DNA from: Ptychomitrium polyphyllum
Taxonomy: Eukaryota
Reading direction: 5' to 3'
Assembly (NCBI GenBank): GCA_973851085.1
Contig: OZ316775.1
Span: 21,018,001-21,082,000, forward strand
DNA length: 64,000 nt
The notes below the pieces were generated by a model. It worked only from the letters and a program-made list of their open reading frames with translations, was not told where the DNA came from and searched no databases. Shown here piece after piece: positions 39,402 through 51,500 of the stretch. Positions within the stretch are counted from its first letter, which is position 1; the number at the start of each line of letters is the position of its first letter. The position numbers were made by a program, and so were the translations under genes.

Positions 39402-41438
39402 ATGCCAGTGGCGGATGCTCCCGAAATGATGAAAGCTGTGATCTACTCCACTTATGGTGGTGGGATGATAGGTCTCAAGGTGAAGTTATTCTCTTTCCTC
39501 ATTGCTGTCAAAGCAATTTATAATTTTATATCTGCATTAAGAACAGTTGTGTGTGTGATCATCCTAGTCTCAAATGTTAATTAGTAAATGTAATACCAAT
39601 CCGGAGATTTCTCCACAGCCGTACGGGGTCATGGTCAACATGATGAACACACCTCTTATAAATATAAACATGCTTTTATCTTCTACTACAAACTGTCTTT
39701 ATAAATTGAGGTGATTCTGCAGCATGTAGAAATGCCAACCCCGAAACCGAAGAGAAACGAGGTGCTGGTGAAGATGGAAGCTTGCAGTCTCAGTCCCATA
39801 GACTGGAAAGTGCAGACAGGCTTCACGAAACGTGTTCAACCCTTCAAATTCCCACACGTCCCAGGTGAGCTTACCTTTCTTCATTCAAATGCATCCAACT
39901 AAAAATTCCCCTTGAATTGATTATAAGAGTTGAATGTATATTGTGGTTAAGAAATCATGCAAGTGCTTTTCAAGTATTTAGTTAAACCACTGCTGCAACA
40001 ATATGGAATTGAAGCTGGCTTTGGGTTGTCTATTATAGCACTTTGCCAATGGCTGAAATTGGATTAGAGGGGGGAGGTGAGGGGTGGGGGTCAATAAGCA
40101 ACACCACTTGTATGAGAGGATTCTGAACTTATTTTGTTTAAGTTCTAGAACTGAAGTGACGTGGTTTAATTCTTTGCAGGCTCAGACATTAGTAGCGTAG
40201 TTGTGAAGGTGGGTCCTGGAGTGACAACATTTGAGGCTGGTGACAAAGTTGTCAGCTCCATCGGCAGGGTATGATAGTAATATTCTACTTTCAATTCTAA
40301 CATCAGAAAACTATTAAGTCAATTGCTTTGATATCATATTGGAAATGTGCATAAGTTAGCCGTTATTGAACCAACAATACTTGGTGTTACATTCTTGTGG
40401 ACATAGTTGCCAAAGAGTATTCACCATGAAAATGATTGGTTTGCTATGACCAATATTTTCTTGTTTCCTCTTGGGTTAGTCGACCTCAGCTAACTTTGAG
40501 TACGAATAAATCAACATCAGGCGAACAATGTTGGCTGTTGCAGGCAGGTTGGGGTCTTGCTCAATACACCATTGCTTCGACAACCACAACAATCAAAAGA
40601 CGGCAAGGGGTATCACCTATTGAGGGCGCTGCTCTGGGCATCAGTGCCTTCGCTACTCTCCAAAGTGTTCGCAACTCGGGGGGTATTGACATCGAGCTGA
40701 CAGATCTAAAGAGTTCAAAAACCTTCTGGTCAGAGCTGCCTCTCTTGGAGTTCGCACCTTAGCCGTGCAGGTATAATATTTCAAATTTACCCTTCTCCAT
40801 TTATAATGCCTAACACTTTATGATCATACCAGTTTCTACAAATGCTCACTTCCACAACCTCCAAAGAACTGAAATAAATCAACATGACTACAGTACTGCG
40901 TCCCACATGATTACCAGACCCTTATCAGAAAAATCCAAACTGACCGTGTATAACTGTTTATAGCTTCTAATCGATCTTGCTATGAGCTTACAGATTGCAA
41001 AACTAGGAGGTGCTCATGTGATTGCAACATGCAGTCCCCACAATTTCAGATTGCTCTAGAGTTTGGGAGCAGACGAGGTAGTGGATTACAAACTCTAGGA
41101 CAGCGCCAGATCTTGATCGTTCTGGGAGAAAGTCTGACGTGGTGATCAACTGTGGCCCTCATTGGCCTCTTTCGCGATACAAATCCAAGCTGGCACCATC
41201 AGGATTTGTCATCGACCTGAATCCTTCACCCAAAGGGTTCATGACAAGCGCTGTGCATGCCCTCAAGCTGTCGAAGCAGAAGTATTATGTCGACATGTAC
41301 CTTCTCTTCAACCTGCTCCACTTGAAGAAGCTGAGAACCGTGAACGGCTCCACATACCCCTTGGCTCAAGCTCAGGCGGCTTGGGCCAGGGGCATTGAGG
41401 GGCACGCTGTGGGGAAGATTGTCATCACGTACTGCTGA
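39402..41438 (+). pseudogene. Quinone-oxidoreductase-like MDR (ceQORH-like) pseudogene
   Basis: Exons 39402-39479, 39723-39864, 40180-40268, 40544-40770, 40994-41438 encode MKAVIYSTYGGG, SLSPIDWK, GDKVV, AVQ/IAKLG, SLGADEVVDYK and GHAVGKIVI. There is a frameshift near 40700-40720, in-frame TAG stops at 41057 and 41096, and the AASGGVG nucleotide-binding motif is degraded to AASLGVR. Confidence 0.88.
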
Positions 41439-42885
41439 TCTGTACAACCTGCACATGATCAGCACGTCGTGAGCACTTCATTCTGCAGGAAGCTAGTACA
41501 CAATGATTGTGCACTGTAGACAGGAGTGAATTTCTGAGCACTAGTTTCCTTCATCTGTCCCGGATGAATACTGATACAGACGTAGAAGAACCTTCATTCC
41601 ACAAAAGCTCAGAATGGTAACATTATTTAGCAACACAAGGGTGCACCCTCATGCATTGTACATCTTACTAAGTCAAGAATGCAAAACAAAGTACTGTTCC
41701 TCAGTGCAACCAATGCAGTTGTTGATACATTCACAAATGAAATAGATGCAACTACAGGTATTTATGTTACTCTCAGTTGGGGTTATGTCTTGTTCTTTTA
41801 TGCAACAAAACGGTTCATGCCAAAATTTACAGTCAATGGTTACCAAACTATTAGTTATTTTTTGGATCCTCCCTCAAAAGACAGTTTAAGTAGCAAATGA
41901 TTTCCATTTTTAACTCCCTCTATTGTTTAAACCGAAAATACAATTCAATTCAATTCAGTTGATTTATTTTTGTGATGAACAATATTTGTATTTCTAATCA
42001 TATATTGTTACGCGCTTATGGAAGGAGATCCTAATAGAGTTTCACATATGGAATGACATCCTGGTTCTAACTAAGAAATTTGCAATGAGTTATTTATTTT
42101 TTGGTTTCAAATTTTTTTTTAAATAGAAAAGTAGTAACAAGTGTTTAATACATAATCTAGAATTGGTGGAACCATATTTGTAAAGAAGACATCTTTTTTA
42201 TAATCTAAAATCTATAAAGACAATAGTTAAATAAACAAAGAGAACCTTTTTCCTTTTGATTCTGAATAAACAAATCATAAACAATCAAGGGTCACGAAAT
42301 GTTTAATCCGTAATAAATCCATGATTTTTTTTTGCAACTATATGTAATTTTTAAAACTTCTCTATCATGAGTGAAACGATTTTCAAATATTTACTATATG
42401 TAAATAAACTGAGACACGTAAGTATGAAACATTCAACAAGTAAGTGTGTTATGACAACAATCCAACCTGGGCGCAAGAAAACTGCATGGATTTGCTGACA
42501 GGGGTGAAATATAACACCTTGGAATCCTCTTTGTTATTACTTTAAGAGAGACTGTGAAAAGAAAAGGGTTTGAAAAGTGAAGCCTGGAAACAAAAAAGCG
42601 ATGCTGAATGCGAAGAGAACTCGTGAACATTAACTTTGAGCATCACTTTTTCCAAGCTTTCCTTCAACAGCTGAAGCGAGTCTGCAAAAAGGAGTTTCAT
42701 AAATGCTGGAAGGGCCAGAGCCAGACTGGCACAGAAAAGGGAGGACGTCTATAGACATCGTAGAAACTGCAGATGCTGAGTGGGACGTGGGGAAATCTGT
42801 TGCGCACTCTGGGTTCGTGCAAATTCTCCACCTTTGCAGTCCCTGCTCAGAGCTTTCCAGCCACGAGCAAAAAGCTCCGCCCTAT

Positions 42886-42951
42886 GCAACGCAATGGCAA
42901 CGCAATGGCAACGCAATGGCAACGCAATGGCAACGCAATGGCAATGCAACG
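42886..42951. repeat. 11-bp minisatellite (GCAACGCAATG)n
   Basis: Five perfect tandem copies plus a variant partial copy. Confidence 0.92.
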
Positions 42952-45900
42952 TACCTTCTTGCCACCCGGATATCTCCCATTCCGTCCGCCACTCTCCGTC
43001 CGACAGCACATTCTCAAAGTGAAATTTGGATATTGTCCTGCTTGACTCACTATCTAGAAGTGACATAACTATTTTGTACTAGATAGTACAAATCCAAACC
43101 AAAGAGAAGATTCACCACCATATATCTCTTTGTGATTTTCCTTCATATTAAGGCCATAGGTTGGTAAGTTTAGAAAGTTGTCTATGAATGTACAACATAA
43201 ATCATTGAAGATGATTCAATTTGTTCATATTTGATCAATTTGGAACTAGAGGTAATTTTCTTTGTAGACTAGAACTATCATTCTTATTCTTACAAATTAC
43301 AACTTTAATATTGTCTATCATGTTTATAGTTTTTATCAAATGTATAAATTAATAATACGTATTCTTTAATGCAGCTTTAAAGGATATAGCTTTTATTATT
43401 TCTTGCAAGAATGACGCAATGATGCAGTTCCAACTTTAGTGCCTAGAACTTGTAAAGTTCATTATTTCATAAATAATCTAATTAAATTGTCTTGCTTCTT
43501 TACTACACAAGACACCAACATGTAGAAGTATAAAAACCTCCTTCATTTATCAATAAAATTTGCATAATCCAATGAAATAATTTGTACATGGAACCCAATC
43601 CTTGATGGAAGATATATTCGACAAGGTGCAACTACCCTATTGCTCAAGAATGATATATAGAGTTATAATACACTTACAATAGTTTCTTTTTAATCCAACA
43701 TGCCTAGTAATGCATGTTTGTATGACAATAGTTCTAAGCTTCCGAACCAGGCCCCACCTCACATAGGCTCTTTGTTGATTCATCAGACTACATTCTAAAA
43801 CTTGTATTTACTTGTGTTTGTGGTTAAAACAAGTTTTAAAGTGTGTTTTACAAAACTTTTGTCTTGAGGTTGAGGAGGACTTAATGGATAACTGTAATGA
43901 GGAGAGAACGTTGTATAATTTATGAGCCGTAGTGAACGAAGAGCCTTTTCACCTGTAAGATTTTCGTTGAATGATGATCTTCTATGAGTAATGGATGGTT
44001 CTGTTAGGTGAATAATCAATCACCCATACTGATCATCTACTGTACATGCTATGTTGGACCAGGGAGAAGTAGTGGTGCTAATGTACATACATTGGTGGTT
44101 GTTACACCAATACCGATTGATGCATTAGTTACAATCTTGATTCTTCTCCTTTATGAAAATGTAATGTGCCTGAGAGAGCAGGTTTTTCCACTGAACTACA
44201 TACTAGCTCCCAAGTACAGCAGAAAGGCAACATGGTACTGGAGAGCAATTCAATCTCAAAAAGTGCAAATATGCACTACCTTATGACTGATTCTGATAGA
44301 GGTGACATTTCACCAACAAAGTGTGCATAAAGGTCAAGAAGGCAAGCCTGGTGGTGAAACACCACTCAACCAGGGCAAAGCAACAGCAATGGGCCCTTCT
44401 TTGAGCACAGTTCTTTCAAAGCATTCTACCAGCTGGCAAGCACACCTGTCTTACTTTTGCCATCTCTATCCATATCAGTTCCCATGCGAAGTGTAAAGTG
44501 TGGACTCTGGAGTGTGCAGTAACAAGCTACGTAACTTAGAAGGAGAGTTTGGGTACTTGTCTAATGCTGTTGTGGTTTGAAATCATTTTAGTTGTTCAAT
44601 TACATACAAGACTTCGTGAATTATACGGTACCAAGAAAAAGAGAATTCATAATGAATGATTATAATCAAAAAGTGGAAACTTGTATATCTACATGACTAT
44701 TTTAAATTTTCTAATTTATGTTACTCTGAATAAATGGGAGAATAAACGTAATTTAATATTTTAAAATCAGGAAATCGGTGAGGGAGGGTTAATGTATTTT
44801 AAAGCATTCAACATTGTGGGTAAAATCAGAAGACGAAATTTAAAAAGACAGGGTCCTGGTACTCAACATCAGAGTGGCAGTCCACAATGCACATCCAGCT
44901 CAAGTGCGCCCGGTGTTTCCCAAGACGCCACAACTTTGCTGAGTTTCTCAGGAACCTAGCGTATTCTGTAACACAGAAAGCCAATGCTATAATCAGCACT
45001 GGAGTCTAAATACCCCTTCCACCTAATAGAATAATATTCAAGCCTGCTTATCAGATCGCCGGCGTAAATTGGGCCTGGCATATCTGACCAAAAAGCCGGT
45101 CTCTTGCACTTTGTTGAAATTTGCGTGGCTGACTATGCCAGTGTCTTGAGCCCTGCCCCACCAATCCACCTTTACGATTGCACTGGTAAATCGCAGGTCT
45201 TTACCCAAGTGGCATATATTATATTAGTGTCACGTAGTTCGGGATAACCAATCTGTACGGCTCTAGAACTTACTATCCTAACAGTTGAAAAGAGCGAGGT
45301 ATGGGGCACTTTCTGGGCCCCAACAGCAGGTTATGGGCGAGGGATTTGAGCTGTGAGTAGGGTGCAGAAAATAGGGGATAAATTTAGTTTCTCTTTATGA
45401 GATAAGGCCATCCGAGCGGGTAAGTTAATGACTAAATAAATCGGATACCGAGGGAGCCACGTGAAGATCACAATAAAGCCCAATGCTGTTTTAGATGAAT
45501 GAGCCCAGCCTGCAACGGGCCCTCCTCTGTCATCTCACAATGATGAGCACCCACGAGGGCCCTCCTCTTTGTTTAGACAGACCACCCCAGGCGATGTGTG
45601 TTTTACCATTTTAGGTTCCATTTCTCAAGATTTGTATTCCTGTTTTTGCATTTGTAGTGTCATTTTAGTGCCATTTTAGTGAGGGTTTAGAATTTGTGAG
45701 TGTTTCGGGTGCTGCAGAATTGCCGTGAGATCATGCTATTCTGAGCAGGTTCGCGGATTTCCTCATTTAATTTTGTTGGTGCACGAGTGCAGTGACTCCA
45801 CTGCAAAGAGACAACTTTGTGCAACAGCCTTCATCGAGTGACTGAAACCGAATCCGTCTAAGATGTGGGAATGTAATTGCACCAAGAGTCCAAGACTGCG

Positions 45901-46872
45901 GTAGATGGCAAAAGTTGGCCTGGGGTTTAATTGTTCAAGTGAAATTTCTTCAATTAGAATTCTTACAGAGCCGTAAGAACAAGTCGTTCAACACGAGTGG
46001 CAGAAGATACTATTAAGGAAGAAGCGGGAAGAGCAGCTGTATACAGAAACTATTTGCCCATGAACATTCAGTGTACTTATCTCAGAAAAAGCGGTTGAAT
46101 ACAACAGATCTGCAGAAAGGTAAATATTCAACGGAACATAACTGACCCAAACTCGAGGAGTTCAAAGTGATGCAAGTGTTGTCCCTGTGAAACACAGTAC
46201 TGTATGCATTAAGTGTTCATTAAACAAAAACAGAAACAAAACGAAAAGGACGCAAGTCAAAGAGCTACAACAAACGAAGCAACAGAATAATTATAACATT
46301 AGAACAGAGACAATATCTGCACATGTCCTCTATAGGTTACACAACCAAGACTGATGATCGTTTTAACCATTCAGCATGACACTCTATTTGAAGAAGCATT
46401 GAACTCATAGTCACACATTCACCAGCTTCAACAGAACGCAATTTCAGAATCAAAGAAGCGATGAGTAGGAGCGTAGGAGTACAGAGAAAAAAATCTGATT
46501 ACAAAATGGAATGCTTTTGTTACAATATAACCACCACCTACAAAAGAAGATCGGAATGCCAGACCATCTCAAAAAATCATCATATAGCTGCTAAGATCTG
46601 TCTTTTCACGAAGTGTTTACAATCATCTCCAGAGATATGTAACCTTCCAACTCAGTACTGGTCTAAAGGAGTTCCGATCAGTATACTAGCCGGACAAAGC
46701 AGCAACAACAGACAACCTACCATTACATTATAATGATGTGCTCCTTAAGCTTCAGCTCCATCGTATCAACCTTAAATCTCTACTCCGTTCTGTTGAATCT
46801 GCTTCCACCGGCTGGATCCAAATCTACACACATTCTTCCGTCTCGGAGAATGCAAACAAACCTCCGGCAAAA

Positions 46873-48442
46873 TCACGCCACAACCTCATCACTGGCCACT
46901 CTCGCCATCTTCACTCTTCCTTCTTCCGTCGCAGAGCCCGCGGTTTCTCTCTTCCGGTTAGGAGTCTGCATCTGCACCCCCACCGCGGGGACAGGCCGCC
47001 ACGGCAACGTCCACCCGCCTTGCCACATATTCCACCCAAACGCCGGCACAGGGGAGATGCCGCCCTGCGCCATGCCAGACGTCCACATGCCCGTCCACGC
47101 CGGCGGGGTAGCAGAGCCCACCGAGGGCGCGCCAGGAATTGGCCCTGCGCCGCTCCATCCGATGTTGTACCCATAAGGCCAAGCGCCATTGAAGAACCCT
47201 AAGGGGGTGTTACTCTTGGTCCACACAGCTTGTGCTTCGGTTTGCTGGGGAGTTACCCTAGGAGTGAGTACGTAAGTGTTAGAGTTTGCTTCCCCAGTTG
47301 GACTAGACATGGAGCTTGCACAATCAGCTTTCGTGTCGGAGGCGGACTCCGTTCTCGTCCTCTGTCGCAATTTCGTGACCGAGTCCGAGGACGTTTCCAC
47401 ACCTGTTGGTTTGAAGGCGCTCACGGAGGAGAACACAGGGAACCCCTGGGATGCGCCCGCTGAGGTTATGGTGCTGCCAGCCTGTGACTCGGAGGCGCTC
47501 CGAGGGGAGGAACCGTGGGTGTGCAAACTCATGGGCGGAACTGTGCCGAGTGTGACCGTAGAGCCATAGGCATTCATGATGGAGGCTTTGAGGATGGATT
47601 GCTGAGCAGGCTCGTGATGGTCCATGCGCACGATGCTCGTTGCGCCCAAATTCTCAACTTCCTGTTTCGGTTGCGTAACTCCATATTTGTTCTTACGCCT
47701 CCCTGCACCCACGAGAACGTTCCTGAGCGTGCCGCCTGCGGTCCAGTAGCGCTGGCAACTCTTGCAGAAATGGCGGGGCTGGTTGATATTGTAGTTGTTG
47801 TAATAACAGAACTTCGTGTCCACGCTCTCGCACCGCGGACACGGGATGAGCTTATCAGGCTTCTTAAGGCACTGCTCCCTCTTCTCCTCCTGCGTCAGCG
47901 CACGTTGCTTCTCAGGCTGCAGCGAAGACGACGACAGCGGACTAGCCTCCTCACCCGCAAGCTGAGCCTCCACCTCGGTCGTCGTCAAATTCTCACTCAA
48001 TCCCACATTCAACACACTCCCCACTCCCCCCCCTGACTCTCCGTTCTGAGCACTCCCCAGAGTATCCCCCTCCAATTGCGTAGATGCGCCATCAACCTCC
48101 TCACTCCCAGCCTGCATCACACCAACGCCACAACCCATCAACATCCAATCGCCTCCACCAAACTAAACTCCCCAAAACCACCACCATGAAAACCAAAAAC
48201 GAAAATAAAAAAATCCAAGAAACACAAGAAAGCACAGACAAAAGAAAAGCAACCCCCAAAACTCATACAGCGCACACGATCCTTACCTTGGTGGAAACGG
48301 AGACCGACACAGAATCCGCTCCTCCGCTGACCGCGATAGTCTTCCCAAAGAGCTTAATAGCAGAGGACGACAAATCCCCGCCACCGCTCCCACTGGTACT
48401 GTCCCTCTCCTCCTTCATCATCCACTTCCTAAGCTTCGACAT
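46873..48442 (-). CDS. Dof zinc-finger transcription factor, CDF-like clade, 2 exons, ~464 aa
   Basis: Exon 1 (48442-48287; MSKLRKW...AIKLFGKTI...STK, donor GTAAGG) splices in phase 0 to exon 2 (48111-46873). The Dof domain is [42 protein letters not shown]. The IKLFG motif is characteristic of CDFs. Confidence 0.93.
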
Positions 48443-48449
48443 AACTACC

Positions 48450-48585
48450 TCCTTCCTTTCTTCCTCCCTTCCTTCCTTCCTTCCTTTCCTACAAGCCCTT
48501 CATTCACTACTCTCCAAACACTCAATCTCTCTCACTCACTCACTCACTCACTCTCACTCTCTCACACACACACACACACACACAA
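48450..48585. repeat. (CCTT)/(CACT)/(CA) microsatellites in the Dof 5' leader
   Basis: Consecutive CCTT, CACT/CT and CA runs immediately upstream of the minus-strand ATG. Confidence 0.85.
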
Positions 48586-51500
48586 ACAATACACAGTTCC
48601 TCCTTCTGCTGCTTCGTGCACCTGCACCCGAATAATGACGTGCCGACGGTAAACCTGAAATGCGATCCTAGGGGGGATGGTTGTAGAGAGGGGGGGGGGG
48701 GAAAGAATGTGTGGGGAGTGGGCGAGAGAGGGGGAGACGGTTTGCAGAAGGGCAGGCCATGTATACAAAGCGAGATTTATTATTTCTTTGTAATGATCAG
48801 AGCGTGTGAGAAGCGACGGTGGTGGGGAAAAAGCATAAAGGGTAACTCCGAGGTGGGCCCCGCGGTTGGGCTGTGCTAGGATGGGATGGGATGGGATGGG
48901 TTGGATTGGAGTTGGGACCTCGATCAGAGCCTACTTGGGGCCTCTCTCGGGGCGCCGCGTGGTGGCTGGGGACCATGTAGTGCAGTTGAATTTCGGGCTT
49001 GGCAACTCATGGCTCAGTGCTGCTGCCCTACTCCGGGGCCGGGTTGCAGTTTGGGAGATCCCATAATAGCAACGCAGTTGGAACTTCCCCTTGAGTTCGA
49101 AGTCCTCTTTTAATAATTCTCAGAGGGTGCCCATTCTGGCTGTTTCTTTTTCTTTCTGACTCCTTTTACAGGAGTCATTTCGTGATCATGTTCTTGGTTG
49201 CTTAACACTCTAGAATCGATGCTCAGGCGGCCCATTTGGGAATTTATTTTACAAATCAAATTTCGAATCCGCTGAACTATTTTTAACAAGTGATCCACTT
49301 AAAGATTTTGGCAAATAGTGTAGACTTCTATGCACAGCGGCCAGCGGCCTAGTGTTAAACTCTTAGAACGTTAGGCATTCTATGTTATAATATTTTTGTT
49401 TTAACTTTGGAATTTTGTTTTGATGGATGTGAATGTGTTATTATGATAAACACATCTTCCTTTTTGTATTCAAAGTAATCCTATATTTTTATACTACAGA
49501 TTTATATCTATATAATGCAACTTTGGTTTTATAAGTAATTTTGCCATTGTAACTAAGAGGAAAATCAAATTGTACATTTGTATACATAAAAATGTATTTG
49601 GTGAAGTTCTAAAATTATTCTATGAAATAGATATAGAGATTTAAATATTCCTTTGACAATTTGAATTATATTTCAACAAAATATCAAAATAATTAGAAAC
49701 ATACTATAAAATTCCTTGTTTTTCCAATGGTTTTATAATTATAAGTTCATGTAAAACCTTTAAAATAGTTAAAATGATACATGGATGATGGTATGGAAAT
49801 CTTGCATTGAACATGAAAAATTAAATGGCTATTTTTCATAATATACTTTACAATACCATTAGCATGATATGATAATTATTTATAAGGCTTAAAAGTCATT
49901 TTAAAAGTCATTAAAATTCCAATGTTTAGCCAAAAAAACTTACAAAATTTAAGATTAGTCAAAGTTAAAGAGAAAAATCACAACTTATGCTTTAAGTATT
50001 TTATTTACAATATGTAGGTTATAATAAAAGCCTTGCATACAAAGATAACTTATCTAAAGAAGTGATTAATTTTTTAAAGATTTTTTCAACCCATTTCATA
50101 GTTGTACGCTTCTAATTTCATTTCTATGATTTGTGCGCTAAAATTTGTATTATATTGTACACTAATATGTTCCATGGTATTAGAATAACAATTTATTAAC
50201 AATAATTAAACAATAAACTTCTTTAAAATAAAAATTTGAAGAAAAATAAAAATCACTGAAATATTTAAAAACAAATTATTTCAATTCATTATACGTTTAG
50301 AAATTCTAAAATGGATATTTCACTTGTGAAATTGTTAAAAATGACTCTTAGCGCTATTAAAAGTTGATGACTTTTTTGTTTAGACTAGGCAATTATGTTG
50401 TTAAAAATGAAGTCAAAAAAATCAAACACTTTATTATATTCTAAAAGCACTACATCTATAAAAAATTGTTTTTTTAAATAAATATATTTCTGACATATTC
50501 TATAATCTAATTTCATTTTACTAATATTTTTGAAATGGATTGCTTTCAATTTCATTAAAAATGATGGAAAATATTATGGATTAAAAATATGTCAATTCTA
50601 TTAATTTTATATTGATCCACTATAATAGTATTCTTAAAGTTGTGTTGATTCTTTCATTAAATTGTATACCAACTTGCAAATTATAAAGTTGAAATCATAT
50701 TTATAAATTTTTTTTAATTTTAGATTGAGCAATCCAAAATTGACAACATCCTCAAAACTAATTCATAAACTTCTTCAAAACTGAGACACAAACTACAACT
50801 CAAACCATTTTTCTAAAGCTAGTATTAGTTAGTCACTTTCTTATGTTAATTTATTTTGTATTGTTTCAAGGAATTAAAATAAATTTCAGGAAAACTTAAA
50901 TATTGGTTTAAAGGTATAATTTCGGTATTAGTAATAAAATATGAAAAATGGTTAAGTTAATGACTGAAAGGTCGTTCGATGAAGGGGTTGAAGTCCCGCA
51001 TTATAAGTTGCCAATTCCGTGACAAAGAAATGGATAAGATCCAGGTGACGATAAGCGAGGTGCCGAGGGGGAGCTTTGGAGAAGAGATGATGTCTGTGGA
51101 TGTCCTGGCTTCGCGCTTTTCCCCTTTTTCTTTTTCTGCTTCCAACACCATCTTCCACTTGCACTTCTTTGCACTAACAGAAACGTACATACTTACACAT
51201 TCATCCATTTTACACCACCTTTGCTAATTGACGATTGGACCCACAGCGCATCACTTGAGTTTGCTTGCTGGATTTAACCTTTCACGAGTATCGGAATCTT
51301 TTAAAATATCAACTTTTATGCCCAGTCGGTTATTTTACTAAAGCCTTAGGAGAATAGTTGAAGGCATATGAATGTTCACTATGCAAAATATTTCTTCTAA
51401 GTTACAGCTTGAAATTTCAGTGATGGAAGGATGGCTTCACTATACTGACTATATATACATATGCAAGTTCCACACTGTGCAGTTCAATAGTTGAAAGACG

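Noticed and set aside
42703..43068. Overlapping ORFs with QWQRNGNAMAT repeats
   Set aside because: They arise from the stop-free 11-bp minisatellite. No protein family was recognised.
46733..48635. Several long plus-strand ORFs
   Set aside because: They are antisense to the GC-rich Dof CDS and leader and show no independent coding signal.
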